Source of the DNA: an uncultured virus (IMG/VR IMGVR_UViG_3300002122_000002)
Lineage: Duplodnaviria > Heunggongvirae > Uroviricota > Caudoviricetes
IMG/VR virus record: IMGVR_UViG_3300002122_000002
Reading direction: 5' to 3' (one strand)
DNA length: 64,000 nucleotides
In this document: positions 15,077 through 24,211 of the stretch, piece by piece
Position numbering within the stretch: position 1 is the stretch's first letter
How the letters are laid out: every line of letters begins with the position of its first letter
Program-made: the position numbers and the translations under genes
The notes under the pieces: model-generated
What the model saw: only the letters and a program-made list of their open reading frames with translations
The model's database searches: none
What the model was told of the DNA's origin: nothing

Positions 15077-15289
15077 TTATTCAGCGTTTAGGTCTATTGC
15101 GTGAGCGTAATCTCGAGTTGTATGAAATATTAGTGGGTTGCCATTTAATACTTCTGATGTGTGGCTGTCAGGTTGTTCAGATTCTTCGGCTCCACATTTT
15201 GGGCATTTAAGTCTTAGGTTTTTTGAGTGAATGTAAGCATTTTCGCATTCACAGTCCCAAAATAGGTCGTTGGTAAATGGTTGTGTCAT
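15077..15289 (-). CDS. Zn-ribbon hypothetical protein
   Basis: WDCEC..YIH...CPKCG..QPDS. Confidence 0.65.
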   Translation of the reverse strand: MTQPFTNDLFWDCECENAYIHSKNLRLKCPKCGAEESEQPDSHTSEVLNGNPLIFHTTRDYAHAIDLNAE

Positions 15290-15540
15290 TAGATTCCTTG
15301 CCAGTGGGCCGTTTTTCTGAATAGCGCCCAGAGTAGTTTTATTCTGCTTGGATAGAGATCAGTTACTAGCCAGTAGCCCATAGAATGTTGAGCTGCGAAC
15401 CATCGGCCATCATAGATTTGTATGATTCCTGTTCTTAGTGGTTTGAGGTCTTCGAGGAATCCGGCTTGGATTAGTAGTGTTTGTTCTGCTACTGAAGGTG
15501 ATTTTGGGAATTGTTTGTGTTTGTAGAATGAGTAATTCAT
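15289..15540 (-). CDS. Hypothetical protein
   Basis: Coupled ORF, start taken at MNYSF. Confidence 0.55.
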   Translation of the reverse strand: MNYSFYKHKQFPKSPSVAEQTLLIQAGFLEDLKPLRTGIIQIYDGRWFAAQHSMGYWLVTDLYPSRIKLLWALFRKTAHWQGI

Positions 15541-15651
15541 TTTGATAGGGCGTAGTAAATTAGCCCGGCGCTCCATATTAGGGTTAGTAACCACGGGTTT
15601 GTGGTGACGATGAAATAGAAGATGATAGCGGGGATTGTTGCCCAGATTATG

Positions 15652-16026
15652 TTAGCTATCAGTGTTATCATTGTCTTTGGCATATAGTTCTGGCCACCAT
15701 TGAGATAATGGAGTGTAGGCTCTTCCACCTACTGGGTGGTATGTTCTTGGTGCTAGTTCTGGTGTTGGTTGTATTAATCTTGGTGGCATGCAGATGGTAC
15801 ATACTCGTTCACTCTCGCCGGGTCCTGGCCGAAATTCTGATTTACATAGGGTACATTGAGTTATACCTTCTGTAATTAATCGTTGAGTCCAGTAGCTTTT
15901 AAGTTCATCTGGATTCAATAGGTCTATGATTGGTGTGTTTTCTCTCTTGGTTAGTGCTATACCAATTAGACCAAGTATGATGGCGCTGAACGCGCCGATG
16001 TAGAAAACTATGTAAGCTGTGCTCAT
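15652..16026 (-). CDS. Membrane-anchored Zn-finger hypothetical protein
   Basis: N-terminal TM helix; CTLC...CTIC. Confidence 0.6.
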   Translation of the reverse strand: MSTAYIVFYIGAFSAIILGLIGIALTKRENTPIIDLLNPDELKSYWTQRLITEGITQCTLCKSEFRPGPGESERVCTICMPPRLIQPTPELAPRTYHPVGGRAYTPLSQWWPELYAKDNDNTDS

Positions 16027-16127
16027 TACCAGACGATCTTGCTGGCAATTACGATTAATCCCAGCATGGTGAAGACTAGCAGCCAGATGCCGATGGCGAT
16101 GCGTGCTTCGAATGTCATGTTGTTCTC

Positions 16128-16883
16128 CTAGTTGCTTAGGTTGGCAAAGATTACCAGTCGTTGTGCCCAGGTATTGGTGATTGGATTATATCCGCGGCAG
16201 GTGATTAGCATTAGATCGAAGTCTGCCGCGCGTCCGATCAGTTCGACTTCGGTGGGATCGGCGATGATATATTCGATGGTGGTGTACCAAGCTCCATTGA
16301 ATTGGAACTCAAGTCCTTCCCACAACATCCACCATTGTCCAGCCGGCCAATCGCTTTGGTTGTGACCTGCCCATACGTAGCCGGGTACGGTTAGTTGCCA
16401 AGGTTCTCCGTTCATAATTTCGCCTTGGCTTACAAATCCTGCTTTTGGTAGTTCTGTATCTGTTGGAGTTGGTGAAGGAAGACTTTCTTCGGTAGGAGTT
16501 GGGGTTGGATCAAATTCATCAGTAGGAGTAGGAGTTGGGTCATCTACCGGGGTTTCAGTAGGTGTTGGTTCGTCGGTTGGGATTGGGGTTGCGGTTTCTT
16601 CTGGTTCAGGAATGAAATAGGCCCAGTGGCTTAGGCCGCAGGTGCCTTCTGGTTGAGGCCATGATTCGAATAGGCCGCCTTCGCAGCCTTGGCTGTTGGA
16701 GCTGCCGGCTTTGAAGCAGTATTCAGTTGCTCCATCTACAGGGTATAGACTGAGATCATCGCTGTCGATTTTGGTCCAACCTTCTGATTGTGGACAGGTA
16801 TCTTGTCCATTGGCTCGGGCTACGAGTAGTGGAGTCAGAAGTGCGGGAATACAGAAGATTAGGGGTAGAATATAACGCTTCAC
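16128..16883 (-). CDS. Secreted protein with PT-rich linker, LPKAG motif and C-terminal sortase domain
   Basis: Signal peptide; AGH...LMLITC...RLVIFA = sortase His/Cys/Arg triad. Confidence 0.72.
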   Translation of the reverse strand: MKRYILPLIFCIPALLTPLLVARANGQDTCPQSEGWTKIDSDDLSLYPVDGATEYCFKAGSSNSQGCEGGLFESWPQPEGTCGLSHWAYFIPEPEETATPIPTDEPTPTETPVDDPTPTPTDEFDPTPTPTEESLPSPTPTDTELPKAGFVSQGEIMNGEPWQLTVPGYVWAGHNQSDWPAGQWWMLWEGLEFQFNGAWYTTIEYIIADPTEVELIGRAADFDLMLITCRGYNPITNTWAQRLVIFANLSN

Positions 16884-17185
16884 TTTGGTTTTGTCCTTTC
16901 GGGATTGGGGATTGGTCCAGCACCATTATGGCTGCAGGTTGGATTGTCTTTGATGCAGAGTAGGAAGTCTAGATAGTCAGGGTCAATGTAGTTATCAGCC
17001 GCTGGGCCACACTGGTATTGTGACCATCGGCTATTACTGAAGTTTCCTGTGCCAATAAGTACTTGATCTTCTTGGCATTTGGGTATTGGTCTAAAATTTA
17101 GAAAGAAAAAGGTTAGGATTGTTATTAGTATTATTGATGTAGTCCAGAGTAGTAGGATTTCTAGTAGGATTTCTTTTAATTTCAT
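16880..17185 (-). CDS. Membrane protein
   Basis: Hydrophobic N-terminal helix followed by Cys-containing domain. Confidence 0.55.
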   Translation of the reverse strand: MKLKEILLEILLLWTTSIILITILTFFFLNFRPIPKCQEDQVLIGTGNFSNSRWSQYQCGPAADNYIDPDYLDFLLCIKDNPTCSHNGAGPIPNPERTKPK

Positions 17186-17332
17186 TAGGTTAGTCCTGCG
17201 AATAGCCAGATGGCAAGGAATGCAAGTGCCAAGATAAAGACTTCAAAGATGAAAGATTTGGGTGGTGTCCACATGTGTCTGACTAGTTTTATTATAATCC
17301 AGAAGTCAAGGATTGTTAGGAATGTAATTATA

Positions 17333-17569
17333 TTATTTATTTTCATTATCCCAAATAATTTCATCTAGTATAGCAAGAGCACTAATAAATTCATTTGCAC
17401 TATTTGATTCTACGTCATACATATTTCGATTTACATTCAACACCATATCTAAGTCTTCAATCTTAGATACTAATTCTACTAATGCTTCCCAAACTATAAC
17501 AGGAACTTTTTTAGCATTTGGGTCTTTTGTATTAATATTGTAGAGTCGTTGAGTAATTTTTGGGGCCAT
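17333..17569 (-). CDS. Hypothetical protein
   Basis: 78-aa ORF with AGGA RBS. Confidence 0.55.
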   Translation of the reverse strand: MAPKITQRLYNINTKDPNAKKVPVIVWEALVELVSKIEDLDMVLNVNRNMYDVESNSANEFISALAILDEIIWDNENK

Positions 17570-17861
17570 ACAATTTCCTGTTTTCTAATAATTATTGGGT
17601 AAGTTTTTTGTATTGGCAACCGGGCCCGCTATACGTTTTTGGATGGGATATGTTGCGGGCCCGGGTGCGGGGGTGTTACCGGGCTTTTCTGCCAGCGTTT
17701 TGCCCGGACCTAGCCTATGAGGTGCTGGTGCTAGTTGGTACCTGCACCACGAAAGCCCCTGGCAGATGTAAGTATCTGGGGGGCCTTAGTGGTGGTCGGG
17801 ATGTCGGTTCGCACCACAATAGCCACTTGTTTAAGGTGGCTATTGTAGAAGGAAGACTTAC

Positions 17862-18215
17862 TTAGGCTTCGGCTCGACCGAGGAACTGGACTCGGCGGGC
17901 TCTGACTTCGAACTTGGAGCCTGGACTGCCATCGTTGCGCTCGAAGATGCGGGGATTGCCGGCGTCATCCGGGATCAAGGACCCCTGAATGAGAACCTGC
18001 CGCCCGGTCTTGAGGTACTCGACGCAAGCTTCTGCTTGAGCGCCCCAGACTGCAACGTCGAACCAGATCGTTTCCTTGACTTCTACTTCGCCTTCGTCAA
18101 CCTGACGGGTGTAGCGACGATTGTCTGCTACACTTAGGTTCGTGACCTTGGTTCCGTTGTGTTCCCGAAGTACCGGGTCGTTTCCAAGGTTTCCTACGAT
18201 CGTAACTTCCTGCAT
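17862..18215 (-). CDS. ssb: Single-stranded DNA-binding protein (no acidic tail)
   Basis: VTIVGNLGNDP, WFDVAVWGAQAE..YLKTG..VLIQG, VQFL; AAGGAG RBS. Confidence 0.95.
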   Translation of the reverse strand: MQEVTIVGNLGNDPVLREHNGTKVTNLSVADNRRYTRQVDEGEVEVKETIWFDVAVWGAQAEACVEYLKTGRQVLIQGSLIPDDAGNPRIFERNDGSPGSKFEVRARRVQFLGRAEA

Positions 18216-18226
18216 GATGTGTCTCC

Positions 18227-18441
18227 TTGTCTCACACGCCCGGGAAGTGCCGGGTCACTTAGCTTGGAAATGTATTCTATAAGGTATTTTTCATTGCAAA
18301 ATTTGTTGTTGTTGTATATTATACCCTTTCTAGATGATTGATAGCCANAGTTAGGACANTCAAAATGGTCAGGGTAGATTTTTTGCATGTTTTTTTGAAT
18401 GTGTTTTCTTGTCTCACATGTCCGGGAAGTGCTGGGTCATT
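18227..18441 (-). repeat. Two copies (18227-18260, 18409-18441) of a ~33-bp leader element
   Basis: ttgtctcacacgcccgggaagtgccgggtca vs ttgtctcacatgtccgggaagtgctgggtca. Confidence 0.8.
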
Positions 18442-18443
18442 GT

Positions 18444-18537
18444 TTCAAGACTAACGCCTGGGAGTCAGTGTTTATCAGGATGTATTGCTACATCTGCTAA
18501 TGAAACATGCTGACTTATCCCAGGGGTTAGTCTTGAA
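18444..18537. other. Long interrupted hairpin
   Basis: TTCAAGACTAAC/GTTAGTCTTGAA, CCTGGGA/TCCCAGG, GTCAG/CTGAC, TGTTT/AAACA, GATGTA/TACATC nested stems. Confidence 0.7.
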
Positions 18538-18700
18538 GGGGTTTTCTTTCCTTTGAATTAGGTTTCGGGGCTCTTTTTTCGAGCCCGACGACGCCGACAG
18601 GCGGAGGGCGAGAAAAAAGGCCTGGGGTTTTCTTTCTTTTTCTTTGTTTTGATCTTCCAAAAATATAGCCCCGACGCCAAGGCGACGCCGGGGCTAGAAG

Positions 18701-18925
18701 TTACTCGTCAAGCTCTCTTAGATCGATGGGGTCCATGTCATTGTTATCCATGTAGTCCCCAGAGTTGGGATCAAAGCCCATGATGATGAGCTTTTCTCTT
18801 AGATCGGGTGAGAGCTTTTCGCCGTTGTGTAGGCGTTCTAGTACGTGATCGAGCCAGATTTCTTCTTGAACTTCTTCTAGCGTCGTCACGTATAAGCCAG
18901 CTTCGTCATAGTAGCCTGTGTCCAT
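18701..18925 (-). CDS. Acidic hypothetical protein
   Basis: AAGGAG RBS, 74 aa. Confidence 0.65.
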   Translation of the reverse strand: MDTGYYDEAGLYVTTLEEVQEEIWLDHVLERLHNGEKLSPDLREKLIIMGFDPNSGDYMDNNDMDPIDLRELDE

Positions 18926-18934
18926 GGTATCTCC

Positions 18935-19318
18935 TTAGTCCCACTTAGGACCGAAGTGTAGTTTAGCTTCGCCGAATTCGAAGTCATAGACATGTTTGAC
19001 TGCATCACATTTTAAGCATGTCATATGGTCATCAACGAAGCTGGTTTCAACGGAGCCGCAGCGATCACATGGAGCGCCTTGGGTTTCGTTTGTGCGCTCT
19101 ATGGGTTCGAACTGATCTTCTTCGGTGTGGATCATACCGGAGAATGTCAGGTCTGCATGCGCTTCTTCGCAGGAGTAGCAATGGACGATTAGCCCGGCGG
19201 CATTGCGGGTTACTCGCATGCAGTTTTCATGCTCTCGCTGAGACCTGTCGGATTTTGCACTTTCGANCAGGCGAAGCGATAAAGCACGTTGTCTATCGGC
19301 TTCCGTATTGTAGTGCAT
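18935..19318 (-). CDS. Zn-finger hypothetical protein
   Basis: AAGGAG RBS before MHYNTE; CYSC, CDRC, CLKC. Confidence 0.6.
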   Translation of the reverse strand: MHYNTEADRQRALSLRLXESAKSDRSQREHENCMRVTRNAAGLIVHCYSCEEAHADLTFSGMIHTEEDQFEPIERTNETQGAPCDRCGSVETSFVDDHMTCLKCDAVKHVYDFEFGEAKLHFGPKWD

Positions 19319-20402
19319 TTGATCTCCTTTTTGCTTCTTTNAACATGGTNGCCAGGGTACGTTCGGCCTTTTCGATTTCAAGTAACTCAAGTGTCAGTTC
19401 TTCGAGTTCTTGAATGGTGAAGCTGGGCTCCAAGCCGGGAAGATATGGCTGGAGATTCTTTGGTCTAACTTCCTTCTTCATCTTTGTCTCCTGATCCATA
19501 GNATNANTAGACATAGTGGTATAGTGATGGCCACTATGTCGGCTGCTGGGCGTCCGAATTGGTAATTTACTGCATTTACAACAGCAACCCAGCCGGCTGC
19601 TGCAAATTTGAACGAGTGCCATTTGAGACGACCTTCGAACCATTTCATTGAATTCTCCTTGTCTCCATCATGATGTGGAGCTGAATCCGCAGTTCAGCGG
19701 GTAGAGAATAGAACCAGAAGAACAGAGCTATTTGTAACATATGCTTATCTCCTTGCGGTTTTGAACTTTCCTGCTGCGAACCATGTATGTGCGACCTGTC
19801 AAGCTCGAACTTACGACGATAGAATTGAACGACTTCTTGAAGCGAGCGGCTTATGTTTGCTTTGGGTTTGGGGAGCGAGCAGTTCAGCTATCGTCGTTTA
19901 ATTCGTATCGGAGGAGCTTGACAGCTAGAGCACATAAAATGAGAGAGCAGGAAGGAATATGCAAGTCGTAGCGAAGAGCGCGTTATGAGCTGTTCTTGTA
20001 TAAACAAGGAGCGAAGCGACTGGTTCAGGATATGGTACGGGACAGCGAAGCGCATCTGAGACGAAGACTTGGCTTGGAAAAGGAAGACTTACTTGGGACT
20101 GCGGCGGGTATACTCTGGATAATACGATAGTAACAACGCCGCTAAACGGTTTTTATTCTTAGGTCTATGAGCGAGCTATAGGCGAGCGAATGGCTCTTTC
20201 TTAGATTATAGTGATTGATAAGGGTACAGTAGAGCGGGGTATGATATATTTAGAGACGTACCTGGACAACCGCCTTTCATACTCTATATTAGCATTAGAC
20301 TTGGTACTTAGACTGGTACTAGCATCGCCAATGAAGGAGCTATGGTCAGACAACACACTCTTACTCCCTACTCCAAGGACCAGGGCGGGGCATCCAACTC
20401 TG

Positions 20403-20430
20403 CACATATACACACATACACACACACACA
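20403..20430 (+). repeat. (CA)n-like microsatellite
   Basis: cacatatacacacatacacacacacaca. Confidence 0.8.
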
Positions 20431-20701
20431 GTAACCTACAATGTGCGGCGGGCTTATTACCCTGACCATCCAACCCTATTCGATCGATTATGGGGGGTAG
20501 GTACCATGAGGGGGGCGGTGTGTATGGGTGCGTGATCTGGCTTATTGGTAACATATTACGGTTTATTCGGTATTTGGGCGGACTACCCCTTACGTTCCTC
20601 TGAGACCCAAATTACCATGTTGCGGCCTTTTTCGTTAACTATTTGNGGGCGGGGTCGAACTATGGAATTTGGGTCCCATATTGGGTAATATAAGTTCGTA
20701 C

Positions 20702-20730
20702 TTGACACAATTACCGAAGTATGATACTCT
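20702..20730 (+). promoter_or_regulatory. sigma70-type promoter for the rightward arm
   Basis: TTGACA-17 nt-TACTCT with TG extension, then AGGAG RBS. Confidence 0.7.
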
Positions 20731-20749
20731 ATAAGTATAGGAGAGATAG

Positions 20750-20935
20750 ATGAGCAAACTTTTTGACCGCTATTTCGACTGGCTCTTTTCTGATGATCGA
20801 TCCACTCTTACTGTTANAATGCTGATATTCCCTACCCTCTTGGGGTTACTTTTCCTGACACTTTTGCCAATCGGCATTGTCGTAGCGATCGGCGCAGGGG
20901 TACTGGCGATAGTGGGGACCTGGATAGGATATTAA
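20750..20935 (+). CDS. Small membrane protein
   Basis: RBS; two hydrophobic segments. Confidence 0.65.
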   Translation: MSKLFDRYFDWLFSDDRSTLTVXMLIFPTLLGLLFLTLLPIGIVVAIGAGVLAIVGTWIGY

Positions 20936-20936
20936 C

Positions 20937-21167
20937 ATGGATCATCACCCAAGAGTCCGAATTCGTAAGTCCAACTATGGGGATTGGATGGTTGAAGAAT
21001 GGGCCTACTCCAGTTGGAAAGACACAAAAGACTGGGTACGTTCTGCGGAGTACTCGGGAATGTTTGCAAAGACTCGTGCTTATAACGACTATAACGAACG
21101 ACTAGAAAGATTTGGAAGGGCAACAAAATCCCAGTCTGCTGTGTGGCATGTAGTGGAGGAACAATGA
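20937..21167 (+). CDS. Hypothetical protein
   Basis: Coupled ORF. Confidence 0.55.
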   Translation: MDHHPRVRIRKSNYGDWMVEEWAYSSWKDTKDWVRSAEYSGMFAKTRAYNDYNERLERFGRATKSQSAVWHVVEEQ

Positions 21168-21454
21168 GCCACTGGACACCCGGATTAGTTCGCAGATTTC
21201 ATGTTGAGAATGGAGTGCTGCCAAAGATCGTAGCCGGTGATACTTTCCATTTTCGTAGTGCTCATTGGGGTCATCCACACAACGGAATTATCCAACAAGA
21301 CCTGGACGCGGCGGCTGTGCTCAACATGGCCTCTATTGGCTGTGATCCAATAGATAGTTCTGCTACTGAGTGGTGGCAGACGGTATTGGCGGTGGTGGCT
21401 ACTTTGGCTATGTTCTTGGGGCCGGTCATCTTGGCAACAATCTGGTTAAGATAG
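21164..21454 (+). CDS. Membrane-anchored hypothetical protein
   Basis: GGAGG RBS, ATGA overlap, C-terminal TM helix. Confidence 0.55.
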   Translation: MSHWTPGLVRRFHVENGVLPKIVAGDTFHFRSAHWGHPHNGIIQQDLDAAAVLNMASIGCDPIDSSATEWWQTVLAVVATLAMFLGPVILATIWLR

Positions 21455-21462
21455 GAGAGATA

Positions 21463-21735
21463 ATGAGAACCTTTACTATTATCCAAAAAGATGCGGCGGA
21501 GCGAGATATACTTATTGATCCTCTTAGGGGCAGTTATGAGGGGGTAGACATCGAATATAACTCTCTTGGAATGAAGTGGGAGCGCGGCGGGTATCAGTAT
21601 GGTTTTTGGTTAGAATATGCGGAAGGGCATTTCTTTGAAGCACTTCAGGCGCTTATTGACTATTATANACTAAACCCAGAAATAGAGTCGTTAGACAGTC
21701 CGAGCTTCGATGGGCCAATAGCGAGGATCGAGTAG
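21463..21735 (+). CDS. Hypothetical protein
   Basis: AGGAG RBS before MRTFT. Confidence 0.55.
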   Translation: MRTFTIIQKDAAERDILIDPLRGSYEGVDIEYNSLGMKWERGGYQYGFWLEYAEGHFFEALQALIDYYXLNPEIESLDSPSFDGPIARIE

Positions 21736-21736
21736 T

Positions 21737-21919
21737 ATGGATTGGTATNCTTTATGTCCAATCTGTCAGGGTATTGTGTTGCCAAACGTTGGGCATATAT
21801 GTTCGACATACAATAACAGTAACGTGATGTCGGGGACAGAAGAATATTCGGATACCGAACGATTGGCCGAAATAGATCGCAAATTAGATGTGATTATTAG
21901 GTGGATACAGTCACAATGA
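21737..21919 (+). CDS. Small Cys-rich hypothetical protein
   Basis: CPIC...HIC; coupled. Confidence 0.5.
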   Translation: MDWYXLCPICQGIVLPNVGHICSTYNNSNVMSGTEEYSDTERLAEIDRKLDVIIRWIQSQ

Positions 21920-22221
21920 AGAAACCACGACTTGTCTATATAAAGTGGCGAGACCCCGTTTCTTTAGTTGCATGGGCAACAGAGAAGGAAATCTTAGAGT
22001 GGGCCGCAGCGGCAGCTATGGATGGGGGAATGATTGAATCCGTAGGTTGGATTTTCTTTGTATCAGACAACTATGTAGTTTTTGCCCCGCATCGGGCACT
22101 TGGAGCAGACCAAACGGATCAACCCAATATGTCCGATGCACATAAGATACCCCTAACGAACATCCTGGAAGTCCGAACACTGTCGATTGGAGACAAGTGG
22201 AACGGCTGGAGACCAAAATGA
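21916..22221 (+). CDS. Phage hypothetical protein
   Basis: LVYIKWRD...W...SVGW...IP..I pattern common in phage small proteins. Confidence 0.65.
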   Translation: MKKPRLVYIKWRDPVSLVAWATEKEILEWAAAAAMDGGMIESVGWIFFVSDNYVVFAPHRALGADQTDQPNMSDAHKIPLTNILEVRTLSIGDKWNGWRPK

Positions 22222-22369
22222 GCAAGAAAAAAATAGAACCCATTAAGAAGTTTCTTTTTCCAGATAAGACAGATCAGCCGTTTGATACTTGGAACGAGAT
22301 TTGGCTGGCTTGGATTGGGATAATGCTAACTTCATTGGTGATTATAGCTATTTTGAGTATGCTAAAGTA

Positions 22370-22618
22370 ATGAATATTTATGCAGTTGATTTGGATAGCC
22401 CCGGCCAGTGGCGAGAAGCGGAACGTCGATTGGCTGTTCTCCTGCAANTGGGCGCTGTTGTAGACGCTGCCGAGTGTATATGTCCTAAATGTAGNAGATA
22501 TATGGGGCATCACCATAGAGAATATTGGGAAGACTCCCGGCCAAGATGGGCAACCCCAGTATGTCCGAGCGGTGAACGAGATTTTGGTGGATTTATAGAT
22601 CATACGAGGCATAAATGA
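22370..22618 (+). CDS. Zn-finger hypothetical protein
   Basis: CPKC...GHH...CP; TAATG coupling with upstream 50-aa TM ORF (22218-22370). Confidence 0.5.
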   Translation: MNIYAVDLDSPGQWREAERRLAVLLQXGAVVDAAECICPKCXRYMGHHHREYWEDSRPRWATPVCPSGERDFGGFIDHTRHK

Positions 22619-23340
22619 AAACCGTTCAAATCAATTTTGACTTTACCCGCCCTGAAATTCGCATTCCAGGTGCTGATTTTTGGTCTTGCAATGGTCTGCA
22701 TGTCCTTACGGAGCCCGTGGGCATAGTTCCGAATGCTTGGTTTCAGATACACCGGCTGGAAGATTTGCAAAAAGAGAAGCAAGAGCACCTTGATTGGCTC
22801 TTTTCCGAGCATAGTTTTCCAATCTTAGTGCAACCAGAGGTAGAAAAGGCATACGCTGATAATCCAGAGTTCAATTTTTGGGCACTACCGCTAGTAGAAC
22901 TGGATCATTTGTGGCGTTGGCCGTTTCCAGTGGGCTATTCTTGTACTTTCTCATACCAAATGGCCATGGCGATCCTCTTAAAGTTCAATACGATTGACAT
23001 TTCCGATGTTCGACTATCTTCTTTACGTGAAAAGAACCTCGAAGCCCCAAATGTACTGCTTTGGGCGGGTGAAGCACACCGCCGGGGCATCGAAGTCTTA
23101 CTTTCTGATGAATTTTGCTATCCGTTCAAGTATGGACAGGTAGAAAGATTGACAGATATTCCGTATTGGGCAAGTACAGAGGTTGTTAATGATATGTTCC
23201 CGGGCTGGAGCAGGGAAACTCGCGCGTTCTTCAGTGAATACCAGAAAAAGCACTCACAATGGGAGGGAGAACGCAATGAACGATGGCAACAGACAAGACA
23301 GAATATCGCTGAAAGAAACTCTGCAGTGGGTCACGGTTAG
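22615..23340 (+). CDS. Glycosyltransferase-like protein, paralog of 44279-45748 N-terminus
   Basis: WSCN...WFQIH...TFSYQMAMAI...W.G.A..RGI aligns with WGCN...WFQMH...TFAWMLAYAL...WVGQAMALGV. Confidence 0.5.
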   Translation: MKTVQINFDFTRPEIRIPGADFWSCNGLHVLTEPVGIVPNAWFQIHRLEDLQKEKQEHLDWLFSEHSFPILVQPEVEKAYADNPEFNFWALPLVELDHLWRWPFPVGYSCTFSYQMAMAILLKFNTIDISDVRLSSLREKNLEAPNVLLWAGEAHRRGIEVLLSDEFCYPFKYGQVERLTDIPYWASTEVVNDMFPGWSRETRAFFSEYQKKHSQWEGERNERWQQTRQNIAERNSAVGHG

Positions 23341-23604
23341 TTTACTGCCCCGTTGGTTGATAGAATGGTGTTTAATTCGGGCGTGGGCGGAGTTTAAACC
23401 AGAATATACTTGGGAGCAACATGAAACCGTTTCATATTGGCGTGTGTACGCCCGATGGATGGGGGATAGACATAATAGTGAAGATGACTGAGGGGGCCGG
23501 CTTTGGTAATATCCTTTATCTTCAGTTACCTAAACTCTATCTGAGCTTCTTATTTCTAGTGTTCGTCATGCAGATCACGATCGGAGATATCCGGGAGGAA
23601 CGCG

Positions 23605-23910
23605 ATGCCGCCATCAAAGCCATCGGAGGGTCTGAGCGTTAGTTATCTCGTAAATCACCTAGAAGATGGGTGGAGTACGATGAGTGCCCAATGGGAAAAG
23701 AATGGACATCCTGTTGGAGTGTTTGTTAAATATGGCCCTAATGTGAGCCATAGATATGCCTATTCTGTTCTTCAGCAAGGCGTATGGCGAGGAATGCAGG
23801 ACCCGGATAAATTTGATATTAGCAGAGATAAGTTCTCAACCCCGGATGGGAATCCAGAACCATTTGCCATCCTTACAATGGAACCAGAGGTACCTAATGC
23901 CAAAGACTAG
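23605..23910 (+). CDS. Hypothetical protein
   Basis: GGAGG RBS, 101 aa. Confidence 0.55.
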   Translation: MPPSKPSEGLSVSYLVNHLEDGWSTMSAQWEKNGHPVGVFVKYGPNVSHRYAYSVLQQGVWRGMQDPDKFDISRDKFSTPDGNPEPFAILTMEPEVPNAKD

Positions 23911-24211
23911 TGCACCCTACGATTCACCCGCCGGAAAGAAATGGTGTGCAAGACATAATGGGGGCAAGGGAGCCTTCTTGCCTGTTGATCGTTTTCCACC
24001 AAAGTATGGTTATTGCTTCGATTGCAAGCGAGAATACCAGCGAGAATGGGATAAGACCGTGCGAGTCCGGCCCGAGAAAGTTGCCGTTCCAGAGGCCCGG
24101 TTGTCTAAGTCTCAGACGACTATTATCATCCACCTGCCTAATGATGAGAAGGGTCGGAATTTAACTCGAATGGTTTTAGAGCATTACCCAGAAGGAAATT
24201 CTTATTTATGA
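23897..24211 (+). CDS. Zn-binding hypothetical protein
   Basis: KWCARH...F....YCFDC; GAGG RBS. Confidence 0.55.
   Translation: MPKTSAPYDSPAGKKWCARHNGGKGAFLPVDRFPPKYGYCFDCKREYQREWDKTVRVRPEKVAVPEARLSKSQTTIIIHLPNDEKGRNLTRMVLEHYPEGNSYL

Noticed and set aside
17705..17792. Hammerhead-like CCTATGA...GAAA on the plus strand
   Set aside because: The core is not CUGANGA, and stem III/UH and stem I do not register
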